Assembly (NCBI GenBank): GCA_002422395.1
Contig: DIUY01000030.1
Coordinates: forward strand, 221,317 to 285,316
DNA from: Methylococcaceae bacterium UBA6146
GTDB taxonomy: Bacteria; Pseudomonadota; Gammaproteobacteria; Methylococcales; Methylomonadaceae
Length of the DNA stretch: 64,000 nucleotides
Direction of reading: 5' to 3'
This document shows, in pieces, positions 22,322 to 32,860 of the stretch (its first letter is position 1; every line of letters begins with the position of its first letter). The position numbers and the translations under genes are program-made. The notes beneath the pieces were generated by a model. It saw only the letters and a list, made by a program, of their open reading frames with translations. It was not told where the DNA came from and ran no database searches.

Positions 22322-23392
22322 ATGACTAAAGTAAAATTAATTCTACTTATCGTGTTGCCGCTCTGGCTAACATTAGCATCACAAACAAGTTATGGCCGCC
22401 ATGCCGCCATTCTTGTCGAAGCCGATAGCGGCCGAGTAATATATGAGGCTGATGCAAGCCATTCATGGTATCCCGCTTCACTCACCAAAGTCATAACCCT
22501 CTACATTGCATTTACTGCACTGAACCAAAGGCGGATCCATTTACATGACACGATAACCACCTCGCCTCATGCCGCCCGCCAGCCTAACAGCAAACTCGGC
22601 CTAAGAACCGGCGAAACACTGACGGTACAGGAAGCCATTTTAGCCATCATCACCCGCTCCGCAAATGACGCCGCCGTTGCGCTTGCCGAACACATCGGCG
22701 GCAATGAAGAAAATTTCGCCATAAAAATGACTGCAACAGCACATGCTCTAGGCATGTACGACAGCCATTTCATGAATGCCACCGGCCTGCCACATCAGTG
22801 GCAAGTCACAACACCTCGCGATATGGCGCTGCTGGCTTGGCGGGTACAACGTGATTTCCCTAATTTTTATGGTTATTTTGCCACCCATAGCTTTTATTTT
22901 AGAGGCTCGGAATTGCGCGGAATCAACAAATTCACCGCCAACTATCCCGGCGCAGAAGGCATGAAAACGGGCTTTACCTGTGGCTCCGGCTATAACCTAA
23001 TGTCTTCAGCCTATCAAAACAACAAAAGGCTGATTGGCGTGGTGTTAGGTGGCTCGACCAGTGCTGAACGCTACCAATTGATGACGCACATGATGGATGA
23101 CGGCTTTGCTGATAAATTAACCCCATCACAGCAAAAACACATCACCTCAATACCTGCAAAAATGACCAGCCCCGCCCCCTATCTGCTTGATTGCGGTAAT
23201 GGCGCCACTGGGCATAGAACGGCTCATTATAACCACCCGAAAACAGCAAAATCCCACAAGCTGGCCAGTAAAAGCAAAAAAACAAGCAGAACAAAGTTCA
23301 CTGCTAAAACCAAACCCCGGCTTGCCAGCAGCAAAAAATTAAAAGCAAAGCCAGTGATAAAGCACAGTAAAACCCGTTATCGAAAAGGTTAA
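22322..23392 (+). CDS. D-alanyl-D-alanine carboxypeptidase (peptidase S11)
   Basis: ASLTK (SxxK), SAN (SxN), MKTG (KTG); basic low-complexity C-tail. Confidence 0.9.
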   Translation: MTKVKLILLIVLPLWLTLASQTSYGRHAAILVEADSGRVIYEADASHSWYPASLTKVITLYIAFTALNQRRIHLHDTITTSPHAARQPNSKLGLRTGETLTVQEAILAIITRSANDAAVALAEHIGGNEENFAIKMTATAHALGMYDSHFMNATGLPHQWQVTTPRDMALLAWRVQRDFPNFYGYFATHSFYFRGSELRGINKFTANYPGAEGMKTGFTCGSGYNLMSSAYQNNKRLIGVVLGGSTSAERYQLMTHMMDDGFADKLTPSQQKHITSIPAKMTSPAPYLLDCGNGATGHRTAHYNHPKTAKSHKLASKSKKTSRTKFTAKTKPRLASSKKLKAKPVIKHSKTRYRKG

Positions 23393-23439
23393 AACAGATG
23401 TTATAAAAAGCGCCGCACAAGCGGTTGCTTTAAAAAATG

Positions 23440-23940
23440 TTAACCACGCTCCAGGTAGCGTGATAACGCGAACCGTATCATCAAAAGCGTCACCATCACC
23501 GGATACAATAAAAAATGTTGCGGTAATTGTAGGCTCACCAACACGCCCAACATAATTACCCAAGGCTTGACCATGTTGTTATTGGCAAATGCCTGCATTT
23601 GTCGAAGGCTTCTATCATCAATAGGCTGCTTTTGACCAAGCGCCATCATTTCAATAAAAGCCGCCAAAAACACAAAATAAAGCGGAAAAAAGAAAAAAAA
23701 CGGCGTCTCATTCTGAAAAAGGGAATGCCAATAAGCAAACCAAGCCAGTAAAGCGCCGCTAGAGAAAAGATCATGCCAGAGCGTCACGGAACCTTTTTTG
23801 AAAATAATCCCCCAAATGCTGACGATGGCTAAAAAAAGACCCACATAAATTACGGCGGGCATCATTAATAAATTCTGCAAAGGATTCGCCATTTGCACTA
23901 TAAAACACAAAGCGAGGCTAAGGGCTATAAACAAAAACAT
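23440..23940 (-). CDS. Hypothetical inner-membrane protein
   Basis: About five hydrophobic segments; family not recognised. Confidence 0.65.
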   Translation of the reverse strand: MFLFIALSLALCFIVQMANPLQNLLMMPAVIYVGLFLAIVSIWGIIFKKGSVTLWHDLFSSGALLAWFAYWHSLFQNETPFFFFFPLYFVFLAAFIEMMALGQKQPIDDRSLRQMQAFANNNMVKPWVIMLGVLVSLQLPQHFLLYPVMVTLLMIRFALSRYLERG

Positions 23941-23997
23941 GTCACCAACTCCTGGAAGATAAAAATCACACTAGCCCATAAGCTTATCAGGTAATAT

Positions 23998-24206
23998 TTA
24001 TACACAAATTATTTTTAGTTGGAGCAAACAAAACTAATAGCCTAAAAACAGAAGGCAATACACCAAAAAATAAATAACTTATTGATTTTTATTGAAAATA
24101 ACATTTGTATAAAAATAATACATTAGCCAAAAAGCCAAGTTTTATCATGTGTTAGCATAGTTATCCAAACCTTATGCACAAAGTTACCCACAGGAATTGT
24201 GGACAA
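23998..24206. promoter_or_regulatory. Cluster of DnaA boxes with an IHF site
   Basis: TTATACACA 23998-24006; TTATCCAAA 24161; TTATGCACA 24172; TTACCCACA 24184; reverse TTGTCCACA 24198-24206; IHF consensus AATCAATAAGTTA on the minus strand 24075-24087. Confidence 0.7.
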
Positions 24207-24367
24207 GTGGCTGTAGTCGGTTTGTTTAGCCTTTAACCATTCGGCTAATCCAATGATAGAATTACTCATTTAAAAATGACTGCCTGCACCCGTATAAGCT
24301 AGCGCCACAAAACGACGCTTAAGCACACAACAAAACACCCACAAAAAAACAACAAGAAGGAATCACT

Positions 24368-25219
24368 ATGCGTTTACAAAACAACCCAACTCCGCCGCTA
24401 TTATGTAGCCTGGCTGTCACTATGACGCTGGTCGGCTGCGCAGCAACTGCACACCAAGATGACCCTTGGTACGGTTGGAATCATGGGACCCATACTTTCA
24501 ACGATAATGTCGATAAATTTGTTATCAAGCCTCTAGCCCAAGGCTATAAATATATCACCCCTGAATTTGTTGACCGGGGCGTCACTAATTTATTCAGTAA
24601 TATCAATGATGTGGGTGTAACAATAAATGACGTGCTCCAGTTCAAAATGCTACAGGGAGGCATGGATGCCAGCCGTTTTGTCTTAAACACCACCGTCGGT
24701 GTGGCAGGCTTGATGGATGTGGCAACCCTAGCGGGCTTGCCCAAACATAATGAAGATTTTGGCCAGACTTTAGGTTATTGGGGTATGGGCTCCGGGCCCT
24801 ATCTGGTGTTGCCATTCTTTGGGCCAAGCTCGCCTCGGGATACAGCCGGGCGGATTGGCGATGCTTTATTAAATCCGCTGACTTATGTTTCTTTTATTGG
24901 TGGTGCAGCCAGCGCCGCTATCGCAGGCTCCAAAGTCGTCGATGTTGCCGATAGCCGGGCGGATACGATGCGCACAGAAAAAATAGTCGATGAAGCCACG
25001 ATTGACGACCGTTACGACTTTATAAAAAACGCTTATAAACAGCGGCGTGAGTATCTGATTAATGACGGCAATTCACCTATTGATGAGCTTGAACTGGAAG
25101 AAGACATGTCCGCTGAAAGTGCTGACACGCCTTCAGAGGCAACCTCAACCCCTGCTTCCGATTCGACCAGCAACACTTCCGGGCACATTTTGAATTTGTC
25201 AGCCCCCGAAGAACAATGA
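24368..25219 (+). CDS. mlaA: MlaA/VacJ lipoprotein
   Basis: Lipobox LVGC, DPWYGWN, NTTVGVAGLMDVA, EDFGQTLGYWG, GPYLVLPFFGPS. Confidence 0.92.
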   Translation: MRLQNNPTPPLLCSLAVTMTLVGCAATAHQDDPWYGWNHGTHTFNDNVDKFVIKPLAQGYKYITPEFVDRGVTNLFSNINDVGVTINDVLQFKMLQGGMDASRFVLNTTVGVAGLMDVATLAGLPKHNEDFGQTLGYWGMGSGPYLVLPFFGPSSPRDTAGRIGDALLNPLTYVSFIGGAASAAIAGSKVVDVADSRADTMRTEKIVDEATIDDRYDFIKNAYKQRREYLINDGNSPIDELELEEDMSAESADTPSEATSTPASDSTSNTSGHILNLSAPEEQ

Positions 25220-25260
25220 CATCATAATTAAAGTATCGGATAAATAAATTACAGGCGCAA

Positions 25261-26061
25261 ATGAACACCAGGGCACTTAATTATTCTGCGGCAAGCTACA
25301 GCAATTTACTTAAAAATCAGCAACACCAGTTCGCTGCAAGCCATGCGCTACGGGTTTATAAAAGCAGCGCCATCTACAGCTTTATCCCTAAAAACGCCTG
25401 CTCAACCCTACGGGTGTCGCTTGCTTTGGCTAACGGCTGCATTGCTGATAAAACTGACTTTAACTGGATCCATCAGAACAACGGGACGTTCGCGGCTGAC
25501 CTTGCCAGTTTGGCACTGGCTGACTACACGTTTGTTATCTTAAGATGCCCTTATGCCCGGCTTGCCAGCGCGTACCTGGACAAAATAGTTGACCGGACAA
25601 CCGAAGCATGGATGCTTTACGATGCGCTAGACAGAAAACTGGAACCTGCCGACATGACCTTCAGGGTGTTTGTAAAAGCCATCACCCAAGCAAAATTGTT
25701 GCATACCAACATTCATTGGCGGCCTCAAGTGGATTATCTGGTTTATAAAGACTATGACGACTATTTTTGTTTGGAAAATTTTTCCGCCGCACAAACAGTT
25801 ATAGAAACAAAAGCCAAGCTGGAAATAGTTGATGCCCGAAAGCTGACCCAACACGGCACCGACCGCTTTGCCCTATTAAATGACCACAACTATGCCGATT
25901 GTCGGCCTGACGAAATCAGCGCATTAAAAAAGCTAGGGCAACTGCCCGCGCCTAATGCGCTTTATGACGATGAAATTGCCGCCCTTGTTGGCAAGCATTT
26001 CAAAAAAGACATTGCGCTATACAAAACCTTATTCGGCACAAAAAACCTGATGTTTTCATAG
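25261..26061 (+). CDS. Sulfotransferase family 2 protein
   Basis: FIPKNACST (5'-PSB), ILRCPYARLASAY (3'-PB), NIHWRPQ. Confidence 0.8.
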   Translation: MNTRALNYSAASYSNLLKNQQHQFAASHALRVYKSSAIYSFIPKNACSTLRVSLALANGCIADKTDFNWIHQNNGTFAADLASLALADYTFVILRCPYARLASAYLDKIVDRTTEAWMLYDALDRKLEPADMTFRVFVKAITQAKLLHTNIHWRPQVDYLVYKDYDDYFCLENFSAAQTVIETKAKLEIVDARKLTQHGTDRFALLNDHNYADCRPDEISALKKLGQLPAPNALYDDEIAALVGKHFKKDIALYKTLFGTKNLMFS

Positions 26062-26171
26062 AGCGCATTTCAGGACTGCCAGATATTTGATGATCCGCTA
26101 CAGATTTTAAAGAACGCCAAAGCCGACATCGCCGCCCTGCTCAGCCACGCTCTCTGCCCGTCGCCACGGTT

Positions 26172-26260
26172 GGAACAGGTTTGTAACCCGTTCCATAACG
26201 TTTTGATTGATTGTCGGTATTTCAAAACGTTTGAGCCGGGGTTACAAAACCCCGTCACTC
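26172..26260. repeat. Inverted REP-like doublet
   Basis: GGAACAGGTTTGTAACCCGTTCC-ATAACGTTTTG ... CAAAACGTTTG-AGCCGGGGTTACAAAACCCCGTC at the junction of convergent genes. Confidence 0.55.
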
Positions 26261-26287
26261 CCAAAAAATTAAAGGGTTATTTGCAAA

Positions 26288-27055
26288 TTATTTTTCTTCA
26301 ACAATCCGGTCATCCTTCGGTTCAATATGCCGTGCGTTATCGCCTTCTATTACATTAATCGTTTTAATTTGCTCAGGAGAAGCTTCAAAAATCTTTTTCA
26401 GCACTACCCAACTCACGGTTTCTGTATAAGGCGGTGTAGTTAATGAGCCTTTATAATGGTAATGATGTTTTAAATCGCTTGAAATCAGTAATTCGTTTAA
26501 TTTAATAATTTTTTTGCCATTCAATAAAGTTTTTCCTTCAGTGTAAGGAATAGCATCTAAAAATTCGTTAATAAAAACGTTTTCCTTACCCATTTTAAAT
26601 AAAATGGCGATGACCAGATAATGCGGTACTGTGTGCTGTTTAGAAATGGCAACAATATGTAATTCCATAGGAAAAGTAACACCATCAATTAAATGCTCCG
26701 ACGGCGTGTGAAAGTGCATTTGTTTAAAATCATAAATATCTTCCCCTATTTTAAGGGTGCTGCCGGGTTTAAAATCAAGCTGTACGGTATGGACTAAATT
26801 TTCAACTTCGGTAACTTTTTCTTGTAAATCAAAAGTAAATGCGTAGTTATTCGTTTTTTTAGTTTCAAAAGTTAAAATATTAATAGGGGATTGATATATA
26901 CCTGGGTCACGGTTAGGTAAACTATATTTTCCGCTGTATTTATCTATCGTCGGCAAATGGGAGGTGTTTTTTGTTTCTTCATTCGCATAAGCTATTAGTG
27001 AAATAAACAATAGATTTATCATAAGGTAACTTTTCATAGATTTATGACCCGACAA
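26288..27055 (-). CDS. Periplasmic alpha-class carbonic anhydrase
   Basis: QSPINI, QMHFHTPSEH, MELHIV (three Zn-binding His), GSLTTPPYTETVSW; signal peptide. Confidence 0.92.
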   Translation of the reverse strand: MSGHKSMKSYLMINLLFISLIAYANEETKNTSHLPTIDKYSGKYSLPNRDPGIYQSPINILTFETKKTNNYAFTFDLQEKVTEVENLVHTVQLDFKPGSTLKIGEDIYDFKQMHFHTPSEHLIDGVTFPMELHIVAISKQHTVPHYLVIAILFKMGKENVFINEFLDAIPYTEGKTLLNGKKIIKLNELLISSDLKHHYHYKGSLTTPPYTETVSWVVLKKIFEASPEQIKTINVIEGDNARHIEPKDDRIVEEK

Positions 27056-27056
27056 C

Positions 27057-28766
27057 TTATTCTAAAATATTATTAGCGATTTTTTTTGATATTTCCAAAC
27101 TCTCAGTTAATGACCTAGCAAAATAAATATTCTGATGTTTGCCATGCAAACCTGCACGGCGCAGTTTTAGTATCATCCTGGGCTGTAAATTGCTAATGAT
27201 GAGTGTTAATTGGTTATCGGTGCAATTTTTAATAATGGATTCCATCGCAATAATCGCACTCATATCAAGCATCGATACTTTGGTCATATCCAGTACTACG
27301 ATTTTTATTTCAAGACTAATATCTGTAATACTTCTTAAAGCTTTTTGCGCAGAACCAAAAAATAACGGCCCGTTAATTTCGTAAATAATAGTTTCTTTTG
27401 GAAAATTTAATTGCGTTTCTTTTTCTAAGTCTATCGCTGACACTTGTGTTAAAGAAATGCTGCGGTTAATAAAAAGCACGGCGGACAAACTCATTCCTAC
27501 CGCTACCGCAATGGTCATATCAAAGATGATAGTCAGTAAAAAGCAGGTTAATAAAGCAATCACATCATCACGGGGGGCTATTTTTAGAGTCCTGATAAAG
27601 TGCTTTGTTTCACTCATATTCCAGGCCACCATCAAGAGTAAAGCTGACATAGATGCCATCGGAATATAACCAAGCATTGGAGTGAGCAGCAAAATTGCCA
27701 CAATAATAAATAACCCGTGTACCACAGAGGCAAGTGGCGATGAACCACCGGCCCGAATACTGGCGGCAGTTCTGGCAATCGCCGCTGTAGCAGGAATGCC
27801 GCCAAAAAAAGGGGCTATCATATTTCCCAAACCTTGACCAATCAGTTCATCGTTGGGACTGTGTTTTTTGCCTGACATGCCGTCTGCAATCACCGCACAG
27901 AGTAATGACTCCAATGCACCTAATACCGCGATAGTGATTGCGCCGCTTAATAAATTCCGTACTAACTCAAACGAAATACCAATCGGTTTGCCCTGTGCAT
28001 TGAGTTGTTCCCAAGGCAAGCTAAAATGCGGTAAAAAAGGCGGAATACCCTGATGAACAAGCCCTGCCTGTTCATAATGAAAACGCGAGTTGATAGTGGC
28101 AACTGAAAAGCCATCAAGATTATGGCTTCCTAACCATGCGGCTATTGAGCCTATCAATAAAGCAACCAGATGCCCTGGAATTTTTGATTTGCGCCTTGAC
28201 CATAACACCAGTACCAGCAAGGTTAAACAGCCAATGGCTGATTCTTGCCAGTTGACGGTAGGCAAGGCTCGATAAAGTAACACCAGTTTATCTACATAAT
28301 GTGCATTGGCAGGGGATTCAAAATTTAATCCCAGAAAGTCTTTGATTTGTATAGTTGCAATAACTACACCTATCCCCGCAGTAAATCCTATGGTTACTGG
28401 ATAAGGCACAATTTCGATAAATCGCCCTAACCGGAATAGTCCCATTAAAATTAAAATGCCACCCGCCATAAAGCCACTGACTAATAAGCCACCTAAGCCA
28501 TATTGTTGGACAATCGGTAGCAAAATAACAACAAAAGCGGCAGTAGGCCCTGAAATATTGACTTTTGAGCCGCCTGTCAAGGCAATTACAATGCTACCCA
28601 CAATAGCCGTATATAAGCCTTGCTGCGGTGCAACCCCCGATGCGATAGCCAATGCCATTGATAAGGGTAAGGCAATAATTCCAACCGTAAGTCCTGCTAA
28701 AAGGTTGGATTGAATACTTGCTAAAGAACGTTCATTTTTTAAAGAGCGGGAAAGAGCTGAAAACAT
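27057..28766 (-). CDS. SulP/SLC26 anion transporter with STAS domain (DauA-like)
   Basis: ALPLSMALAIASG, ISGPTAAF, ESLLCAVIAD, GPLFFGSA, DMTKVSMLDMS. Confidence 0.92.
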   Translation of the reverse strand: MFSALSRSLKNERSLASIQSNLLAGLTVGIIALPLSMALAIASGVAPQQGLYTAIVGSIVIALTGGSKVNISGPTAAFVVILLPIVQQYGLGGLLVSGFMAGGILILMGLFRLGRFIEIVPYPVTIGFTAGIGVVIATIQIKDFLGLNFESPANAHYVDKLVLLYRALPTVNWQESAIGCLTLLVLVLWSRRKSKIPGHLVALLIGSIAAWLGSHNLDGFSVATINSRFHYEQAGLVHQGIPPFLPHFSLPWEQLNAQGKPIGISFELVRNLLSGAITIAVLGALESLLCAVIADGMSGKKHSPNDELIGQGLGNMIAPFFGGIPATAAIARTAASIRAGGSSPLASVVHGLFIIVAILLLTPMLGYIPMASMSALLLMVAWNMSETKHFIRTLKIAPRDDVIALLTCFLLTIIFDMTIAVAVGMSLSAVLFINRSISLTQVSAIDLEKETQLNFPKETIIYEINGPLFFGSAQKALRSITDISLEIKIVVLDMTKVSMLDMSAIIAMESIIKNCTDNQLTLIISNLQPRMILKLRRAGLHGKHQNIYFARSLTESLEISKKIANNILE

Positions 28767-28831
28767 ATCTGGTCCTGAAAAAATATTTTCTGTATCTGGG
28801 AAAAATTTACAGCCATTACAAAATATTTTAA

Positions 28832-28844
28832 TATCAATAAGTTG
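28832..28844 (+). promoter_or_regulatory. IHF consensus site upstream of the SulP gene
   Basis: TATCAATAAGTTG matches WATCAANNNNTTR in an AT-rich intergenic stretch. Confidence 0.45.
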
Positions 28845-29019
28845 TAAAAAAATTATCGCAGATAATTTCAGAAAAAAGCGAAAAACACGCGTTTAATCGG
28901 CATCCTGGTTGATAACCAAGTAATCATCGTTTTTTTTATTGCCGTAGGCAAAAAATAAAATAAGTGTGTGCGGTAAAGCAAGAGGCAGAAAAAGCTGATC
29001 TGTCCGGCTCAGGTCGCGG

Positions 29020-31161
29020 TCACGCCGTCTTATACAACAAAGCCGCCCGCACACAGCGCAACACACCATAACTATATACACCATCGAATTGCTCAAAAAC
29101 TGGCTTGAGCGCATTTTTTTGCTCTTCGGGCAAATTAAGGATCGCCTCTTCTATATGCCTTATATCCTGCGGCGGCAAATCCACCACATCAGCCAATTCA
29201 AGCAACCCATGCTCTAAAGACTGTGCCAGATGCCCATAAATGGTGGTTTCCTGCAAAGCCCTTTGTTCTGCAATCTGTTTGACCGTAAAACCTAACCTGA
29301 ATAAATTGACTGATTCACTGGCGGTATCAGGAAGTCCATCAACCGCAGCAGAGAAATCCTTAATCACCGCCAAAAAAATGTCGGCATACAGCTCCATTTT
29401 GCGCACCCCGATACCCGAAATCAACGCCATTTGCTGACGGTTTTGAGGACGGTTTTCCAACATTGCCATCAAGGTGGCATCATGAAAAATCACGTACGGC
29501 GGCACGTCTTGCGCATCCGCAATTTCTTTACGCTTGGCCCGTAACGCATCCCAGAGCGAGGCCGTATTTTGGCTTCCACTGGAGGATTTTCCCGAAGATC
29601 TGACACGCTTGGTCTTTTCAGGCTTGACATCCTTGCGCAACATTAATTGTTGCTCGCCGCGCAAAATGGGACGGCACACCTCTGTCAGTTGCAGCGCACC
29701 AAACCGGTCAAAATCGACCGCCACCAGACCGCGAGCGACCAACTGCCTAAATACCGAATGCCATTGCTGCTCGTCCAACGCTTTGCCAATACCGAATGTG
29801 GACAGGTTTTCATGACCGAATTTTTTCACCCGTTCGGTGCCCTTACCCAGCAGCACGTCGATCAAATAAGTGACCCCAAAGCGTTGCCCGGTACGATGTG
29901 CACAGGATAAAGCCTGTTGCGCCGCAAGCGTGCCATCCCATGTCTGCACGGGCTCCAAACAGGTGTCGCAGTTGCCGCACGGCTGTTCAAGCAGGTCACC
30001 AAAATAATTCAGCAATGCTTGCCGCCGACAATGCACTTGCTCACACAAAGCCAGCATGGCATCCAACTTATGATATTCAACCCGTTTATGCACTTCATCC
30101 GCCTGCGATTCCGCCAGCATTTTCCGCAACGTAATGACATCCTGCAAACCATAAGCCATCCACGCATTTGCAGGCAAACCATCCCGCCCCGCCCTCCCCG
30201 TCTCCTGATAATAGGCCTCCACGCTTTTTGGCAAGTCCAAATGGGCGACAAAACGGACATTTGGCTTGTCGATACCCATACCAAACGCAATCGTCGCAAC
30301 AATCACCAACCCTTCTTCCATCAAAAAACGGTGTTGATGCTGATAACGTAAATCGTTACTCATACCGGCATGGTACGGCAACGCATTGACCCCTTTGCTG
30401 TCCAGCCAAGCCGCGGTTTCCTCGACTTTTTTACGCGACAAGCAATAGACAATCCCTGCATCGCCAGCATGTTCGGCATTAATAAAATCCAACAATTGCT
30501 GTCTAGCGGTTTGTTTCTGGACGATCCGGTAACGGATATTGGGGCGGTCAAAACCGCTACGAAAATGCGCCGCGTTTTCCAAACCCAGGCGCAAGATAAT
30601 TTCCTGCCGGGTCTTATCATCAGCCGTCGCCGTCAGGGCGATACGCGGAATATCGGGGTACTGTTCGTGCAACAGCGAAAGCTGCAAATAATCGGCGCGA
30701 AAATCATGTCCCCATTGCGAAACGCAATGCGCCTCATCAATCGCAAACAAGGCAATTTTAATTTTGCCAAACAACGCCGAAGTGCGTGCAGCCGTCAGCC
30801 GTTCCGGGGCGATATACAATAAATCCAGCTCACCGGCCAGCAATTGCCGCTCAACTTGCCGGGCTTGTTCAAGCGATAGCGTGGAATTCAGAAAAGCAGC
30901 CTTGACCCCCAGTTGCAACAAAGCGCTTACCTGATCCTGCATCAGTGCAATCAATGGCGAAATGACAATCCCGACACCGTCGCGGATGATGGACGGAATT
31001 TGATAACACAGCGATTTGCCGCCCCCCGTCGGCATCAACACCAACGCATCCCGCCCCGCCAATAAATGGTCAATGACCGCCTGCTGCTGACCTCGGAAGC
31101 TGTCATAGCCGAATACGCTTTTAAGCGTTTGCGCCGCCCCAGCCTGCGTAGTTATCGCCAT
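29020..31161 (-). CDS. recQ: DNA helicase RecQ
   Basis: [41 protein letters not shown] Zn cysteines, HRDC, C-terminal HTH. Confidence 0.96.
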   Translation of the reverse strand: MAITTQAGAAQTLKSVFGYDSFRGQQQAVIDHLLAGRDALVLMPTGGGKSLCYQIPSIIRDGVGIVISPLIALMQDQVSALLQLGVKAAFLNSTLSLEQARQVERQLLAGELDLLYIAPERLTAARTSALFGKIKIALFAIDEAHCVSQWGHDFRADYLQLSLLHEQYPDIPRIALTATADDKTRQEIILRLGLENAAHFRSGFDRPNIRYRIVQKQTARQQLLDFINAEHAGDAGIVYCLSRKKVEETAAWLDSKGVNALPYHAGMSNDLRYQHQHRFLMEEGLVIVATIAFGMGIDKPNVRFVAHLDLPKSVEAYYQETGRAGRDGLPANAWMAYGLQDVITLRKMLAESQADEVHKRVEYHKLDAMLALCEQVHCRRQALLNYFGDLLEQPCGNCDTCLEPVQTWDGTLAAQQALSCAHRTGQRFGVTYLIDVLLGKGTERVKKFGHENLSTFGIGKALDEQQWHSVFRQLVARGLVAVDFDRFGALQLTEVCRPILRGEQQLMLRKDVKPEKTKRVRSSGKSSSGSQNTASLWDALRAKRKEIADAQDVPPYVIFHDATLMAMLENRPQNRQQMALISGIGVRKMELYADIFLAVIKDFSAAVDGLPDTASESVNLFRLGFTVKQIAEQRALQETTIYGHLAQSLEHGLLELADVVDLPPQDIRHIEEAILNLPEEQKNALKPVFEQFDGVYSYGVLRCVRAALLYKTA

Positions 31162-31357
31162 CTGTTGTGTTTGAAATTAGTTTTAAAAAATGGCTGGAAT
31201 TTTAACACAGCACCTAAGACGGAAAATGCCCACGACAAAAGAGCTTCCCAGTTTTTAAAACCCATAGGCGGGCTTGTGGTGGGCAGCCCAAAAGTAATAA
31301 ACGGGGCTTAGGGCAATATCTCGCCACATTGAGATAATTCGATGGTACTGGCCTTTT

Positions 31358-31927
31358 TTACTCATTATCCACAGCCACATGCTCGCGGCAGATCTTTTTC
31401 GCGTCGAAGCGGCTTAACGGCAGCTGGGTCAAATTACAGTGATAATGGTTGTCTATCTGGATGAAATTGACGCAGGAATGGCATACCCCAAAGCTTTTGG
31501 CGTTATTGGCTTTTTGCAATTCCGAGAGCATGGCGTTTAACGCATCCTCTATCGTGGTGAAGGCTTTAGTGGACATTGCCAGCTGTGCTTGGGCAAAAAC
31601 ATCGACCGGTTTAAGCTCATCCAACAAGGCCTCACCGGCAGGTGATAATGACAGATGGACAACCCGACCGTCTTCGCTATCCTGCGTTTTTTGAACATAA
31701 TCTTTGCGCTCAAGCACTTGGATGGATTGGGAAATAGTGCCTTTGGTCATGCCCAAGTATTCGGCGACAGCGGCTGGGGTATCACTAAAGCGATTGCAGG
31801 TTGCTAAGTATTCCAGCACTTGGACATGAATAGGTTGCAGGCCGATAGTGACGTATTTTTTGCGTTCTTCAGAGCGCAACAGGTTGCTGATGCGCTCAAT
31901 AAGTTTAAAGATATTGACTTCGTGCAT
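31358..31927 (-). CDS. MarR-family regulator with C-terminal Cys-rich extension
   Basis: wHTH (TPAAVAEYLGMTKGTISQ...DGRVVHLSL) followed by CxxC-x11-C-x15-C. Confidence 0.82.
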   Translation of the reverse strand: MHEVNIFKLIERISNLLRSEERKKYVTIGLQPIHVQVLEYLATCNRFSDTPAAVAEYLGMTKGTISQSIQVLERKDYVQKTQDSEDGRVVHLSLSPAGEALLDELKPVDVFAQAQLAMSTKAFTTIEDALNAMLSELQKANNAKSFGVCHSCVNFIQIDNHYHCNLTQLPLSRFDAKKICREHVAVDNE

Positions 31928-32779
31928 TTAACTTAACAAAAAGGCTTTCTTAAAAAACTCAGGCTGGGCCAACGCGGCCCTGTGGATGTCAATATTGTAA
32001 TAAGTGGTGTCAAACAGCTTGTTGGCCGAATCCAGTTCCCTAAATTTTGCCAAGCTGGATTTGCTGGCAATTGTCGCGCTCCACCAGCCGGAAGGATACA
32101 GGCATTGCGGAAAAAACAGCGTCTGTAAATGGTCAAAGCCTGCCGAACCCATTGCATCACGCATTTCACCCAGTAATTTCAGGTGAAACAGCGCCGATTC
32201 GCTTTGTTGGACAACCATGCCGTGTTCTGACAAGCAGTTAAAGCAATCACGGTAAAACGCCTTGCTGAACAAGCCTTCAGCCGGGCCGACCGGATCGGTG
32301 CTATCGACAATGATAATATCGACTGAATTTGGCTCGGCATCTTTAACCCATTTGATGCCGTCGATAAATTTCAGTTCGGCACGCGGGTCATTGTTGGACT
32401 CGCACAGTTCAGGAAAATAAATCTCGGCAAGACGGGTGACGCGTTCATCTATGTCAATCTGGATAGCTTGCTCAACTGAATCATGCTTTAACACTTCTCT
32501 TAACGTGCCGCAATCGCCCCCGCCGATAATCCACACCCGTTTTGGGTTGGGATGGGTGAACAGCGCGGGGTGGCTCATCATTTCGTGATAAAAAAAGTTG
32601 TCACGGGTTGACACCATCGTGCAGCCGTCAATAACCATCAAATTACCAAAAGTTTCGGTTTCGTAGATTTCCAAAAACTGGAAATCGGATTGTTCCTCGT
32701 GCAGTTTTTGTTTGATTTTTAATGAAAAGGCTGAGCCAGCGCCAGCGGCTTGTTCGGTAAACCACTCTGAAGGATTCAT
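31928..32779 (-). CDS. speE: Spermidine synthase (polyamine aminopropyltransferase)
   Basis: YHEMMSHP, IIGGGDCGTLRE, IIVDSTDPVGPAEGLF. Confidence 0.95.
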   Translation of the reverse strand: MNPSEWFTEQAAGAGSAFSLKIKQKLHEEQSDFQFLEIYETETFGNLMVIDGCTMVSTRDNFFYHEMMSHPALFTHPNPKRVWIIGGGDCGTLREVLKHDSVEQAIQIDIDERVTRLAEIYFPELCESNNDPRAELKFIDGIKWVKDAEPNSVDIIIVDSTDPVGPAEGLFSKAFYRDCFNCLSEHGMVVQQSESALFHLKLLGEMRDAMGSAGFDHLQTLFFPQCLYPSGWWSATIASKSSLAKFRELDSANKLFDTTYYNIDIHRAALAQPEFFKKAFLLS

Positions 32780-32860
32780 TTGTTGTTCCTGATAAATAAA
32801 CGGCTAAAATAAGTCCACATTATATTAGAAATCGGCAATAGTGACATAACGGAGTTTTCT

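Noticed and set aside
23941-24367. Calling the DnaA-box cluster oriC
   Set aside because: No dnaA/gidA/rpmH context, no GATC-rich 13-mer unwinding repeats seen, and gene strand bias does not flip across it; kept only as DARS/datA-like pending GC-skew analysis
26062-26170. Possible gene remnant (FDDPLQILKNAKADIAALLS) after the sulfotransferase
   Set aside because: No start codon, too short, and no family motif I can name
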